Positions 61,064 to 64,000 of a DNA stretch of 64,000 nt are shown one piece after another. The stretch spans positions 20,006 to 84,005 of the forward strand of contig JAAVAO010000024.1 of assembly GCA_014803985.1 (NCBI GenBank), written 5' to 3'. The notes below the pieces were generated by a model. The model did not search any database and was not told the DNA's origin. It saw nothing but the letters and a program-made list of their open reading frames with translations. A program made the position numbers and the translations under genes. The DNA comes from Treponema sp. GTDB taxonomy: Bacteria; Spirochaetota; Spirochaetia; Treponematales; Treponemataceae. Positions within the stretch are counted from its first letter, which is position 1. Each line of letters starts with the position of its first letter.

Positions 61064-61336
61064 ATGGAAACAACATTTGACACATTCATAACACACAACC
61101 CCGAAGAAAAAGCTCGGTTCGACAAGGAATACAACGAATTCCTGCTTTCTGAATTCCTTATTGAAAAAATGGAAGAAGAAAAACTGTCTGTCCAGAGCAT
61201 GGCGAAAAAAGCACAAGTGTCGCCCATTGTAATCCAAAAAATACGCAGCAATAAAAACGTAGATAAAATAAACTACAAGACGGTTCTTGCAATTCTGAGC
61301 TGTCTTGGATACAAAATAAATATAGTAAAAATGTAA
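61064..61336 (+). CDS. HigA-like HTH antitoxin
   Basis: GAGGAGG RBS, directly after toxin; LSV..MAKKA.VSP..IQKIRS..T...IL..LGY. Confidence 0.8.
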   Translation: METTFDTFITHNPEEKARFDKEYNEFLLSEFLIEKMEEEKLSVQSMAKKAQVSPIVIQKIRSNKNVDKINYKTVLAILSCLGYKINIVKM

Positions 61337-61550
61337 GTAGCGTGTTATAAGAAAGGATTGTAATTAAAAGCAGGTTGTGCCACCTTACCTAACTGTCTTT
61401 TTACTCAATGAAAGGGCGGTGATGAAAAGAATATGATGTGACCATTCTCAGTTTATTTTCTTTCATATTTATTAAAGTTTTCTTGTTACCAGAAAATACA
61501 TATTCTTTCCCCAATCGCTCTGTAATCAAATCAGAAACAAAACAAATAAA

Positions 61551-62909
61551 TTAAAACGGCTCTTCTTTCTGTCTATTATTATGATTTTCTTTATCCGATT
61601 TATTGTCAGTGCTTATTATGGACTTATCAAATTCAAAGTTTTCGTATTCTGAAAAATTAAAATCTTTTCCGTATTTTTTTAATGTTTCCTTTGCAATTTC
61701 CGTATTAGCAGAATAAGCCATTCGTCTCCAATATATCTGATCATTTGTATCAGATGCATCAATTAGATTTTTTAATTGAAGAGCAGAAAAGTTTTGTAAA
61801 TAAGGAGAAATAACTTGGGAATACCGTTCATCAGCGGAATCAAATGAATTGCTGTCTCCATAATAAAATATAAAATAATCATATAATTCTTGTATTTTCC
61901 CTTGTTCAGAATATACATCGTGAAGATATTTTATAACTTCATCAGATAAAGATAATGAATAATGCACTTTTATTTTTAAAAGATGTGCAGAATAATCGTT
62001 ATCTATAAACCAAGCAATAACCTTTGCATCATCGTTTTTTTCAATAATCGATTTTATATGTAACTGGACGTCTTCATTTAGCCTCCGATATAATCGAGGA
62101 AAATGCGAAAGGTAAATAATCAAACTGAAAATACACATATCGTCTGTGGCTACCCTAAATTTATTATTTTCATTTTGGAGTATTTCATCTGCTTTATCAA
62201 GCATCTCCTCTGTTAACACTTGAAGTGCTTTTCTATTTATTTTTACATTCTGTTTGCATAATTCATCATCAGGCAGACAAAAACATATTTTCCATAGACT
62301 TGCAAAAACCCTGCACCGCATTGGATCCGGCATTTTTGAAAAATACTTATTTTTAAGATAGATGTTTAATTTGTCATATTCATTTATATAAATATCCTTT
62401 TTTTCTCTCAAATCTTCGGTAAGCATATCAAATACATTTTTGATGAATACTGGCGGCTTTACCAAAATACCTGCCAAAATGTTTTTTATATGAGCAACAG
62501 TTGTTTCTTTTGATGGATTTATCAATTCATAATTTTCATTAAGAGCCGGATGTGCGGAAAAATTCCGATGATCGTATAAATGATTTAAATTTGTGTAATC
62601 CTCTGAACTTAGGAGTTGTGTTTCTTTATAGACTCTATCTATAAGTTCCTTTTCCCATTTTGACTTTGAAAGATTGCTTTTCTGATTTCCAATGACATCG
62701 ACATCTTTTAAAATTTCAGTCGCAACAGAATCATTATACATATCTTTCAATTCTTGAAGTTTAAAGAGAATATCGCAGATTGCCACTGAATACAACATGA
62801 CAATTGCAGAACGATAATTTCCATTTGAATATGAACTCACAACTTCTGAAAAATAATCTCGTGTTTTTATAAAGTAAATTTCTTCGCTTTCAGGAAAGTA
62901 AATAGACAT
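61551..62909 (-). CDS. Hypothetical protein with N-terminal HEPN-like domain
   Basis: E..SSY..GNYRSAIVM helix and RNFSAH (Rx4H) motif; very AT-rich. Confidence 0.65.
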   Translation of the reverse strand: MSIYFPESEEIYFIKTRDYFSEVVSSYSNGNYRSAIVMLYSVAICDILFKLQELKDMYNDSVATEILKDVDVIGNQKSNLSKSKWEKELIDRVYKETQLLSSEDYTNLNHLYDHRNFSAHPALNENYELINPSKETTVAHIKNILAGILVKPPVFIKNVFDMLTEDLREKKDIYINEYDKLNIYLKNKYFSKMPDPMRCRVFASLWKICFCLPDDELCKQNVKINRKALQVLTEEMLDKADEILQNENNKFRVATDDMCIFSLIIYLSHFPRLYRRLNEDVQLHIKSIIEKNDDAKVIAWFIDNDYSAHLLKIKVHYSLSLSDEVIKYLHDVYSEQGKIQELYDYFIFYYGDSNSFDSADERYSQVISPYLQNFSALQLKNLIDASDTNDQIYWRRMAYSANTEIAKETLKKYGKDFNFSEYENFEFDKSIISTDNKSDKENHNNRQKEEPF

Positions 62910-63096
62910 TCTAAATCTCCCGATTCAGTTTCTTAATAAGATTAAATCTCTTTATTATTAAGAATAATATTTTAGCCTCTTAATAAGCGACAACAAGCCC
63001 TCTCACCTATGATTGTGCTATCATTCGCACTCCTTCAAATATAACACAAAACCAGCAGCATCGCAACCATTAAACTTCGCGAGACGGCGCATATAA

Positions 63097-64000
63097 CTAT
63101 AAAAACCGACTTTCCACCTCATCATAAATCTTCGCCATTTTCAGGCGAATAGATTTCAGGTCGTATTTCTTTGCAAACTCAACGGAATTCCTTGAGAAAC
63201 GTTCATGGAGTTCCATTGAGTTGTAAATATCAAAAACGCCGTCGCACATTCTTTTGCTATCTCCGAGCGCGAACAGAAACCCATTCTCTCCATCAACCAC
63301 ATTGTCGCGATGCCCCCGAATGTCGCTGGCAACAATTGGCAAGCCGCAGGCCATCGCCTCTATTACGCTGACGGGCAGCCCCTCTTGAAGGCTCACTGAA
63401 ACATAAACGTCGCTCGCCCGGCACAAGTCGGCGATGTCTTTCCTGTATCCTAAGAATCTCACGATGTCATCTATCTCCAAATCAACGGCAAGCTTCTTCA
63501 TGTCTTTCAGCAGCATTCCTTTGCCGGGAAGAATGACCTTTAGGCCGGCAATCTGTTCCCTGAGCGCGGGAATGGCGTTGAGCAAGAATGTATGGTTCTT
63601 TCGCGGAATGAACTCCGCTATGTAGATCAGTATAAAGTCTTTCTCATCATACCCGTATTTTTTCCTTAGCTCGGACTTATCCATGCTTTTCCTCCAATGG
63701 CGCAAATTTTTCCAAGTCCACGCCCACCCCGTCTATTTTCAGAATCTCTTTCACATGAAATCTGCGTTTCGCCAGCTGATAATCCTCCTCGTTTATGGTG
63801 ATGAGGACATCCGTACATCTTGACAACATCTTTTCGACAGGATAATACACGAGCCAGTTCAGAAGCGGCGCGCCCTTATAAAAATGGAATCCGTGTGCCG
63901 TGTAGATGACTTTAATCCTCTTTTGCCCCCAAAGTTTTCTTGCGGCAAGACGCGCGATGACGGAGCCGACTGGCGTGTGGCAATGGATTATGTCATAGCC
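63097..64000 (-). pseudogene. GT4 glycosyltransferase (EpsD-like), frameshifted, 5' end outside window
   Basis: Upstream frame YDIIHCHTP..YTAHGFHFYKGAP..GVGVD ends at TAA 63677-63679; downstream frame RKNH..EGLPVS.IEAMACG; shift at A4 run 63687-63690. Confidence 0.75.

Overview
About 64 kb of a low-GC spirochaete chromosome; the gene set and order look like a gut/rumen Treponema (inference). The core part holds tRNA-Asn, tRNA-Thr, guaB, a UvrD/Rep helicase, prs, a complete V/A-type ATPase operon, secG, cheR-cheB, lptCAB and leuS. The most striking non-genic signal is one family of modular palindromic intergenic elements, with at least 13 copies of about 35-850 bp. Their hairpin modules nest inside each other's loops, repeat in tandem, drop out at microhomologies and flip strand inside a copy, and one copy sits in frame in the 5' end of a secreted esterase gene. 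No cognate transposase is visible in the window. Other candidates: an XRE-flanked island of exported DnaJ-type zinc-finger proteins with LemA/DUF3137/ankyrin (22.9-28.0 kb); a poly-C tract in the promoter spacer of a lipoprotein/outer-membrane pair; several apparently leaderless genes; a PorV/FadL-like barrel paired with an FSPNxDG-repeat OmpA protein; an FGGY kinase-HAD fusion; and a decaying toxin/defence patch at the right end (ToxN/AbiQ relic, frameshifted RelE-like toxin, HEPN-motif protein). No CRISPR array or rRNA was seen. All calls come from reading the sequence and motifs by eye; no database searches were run.
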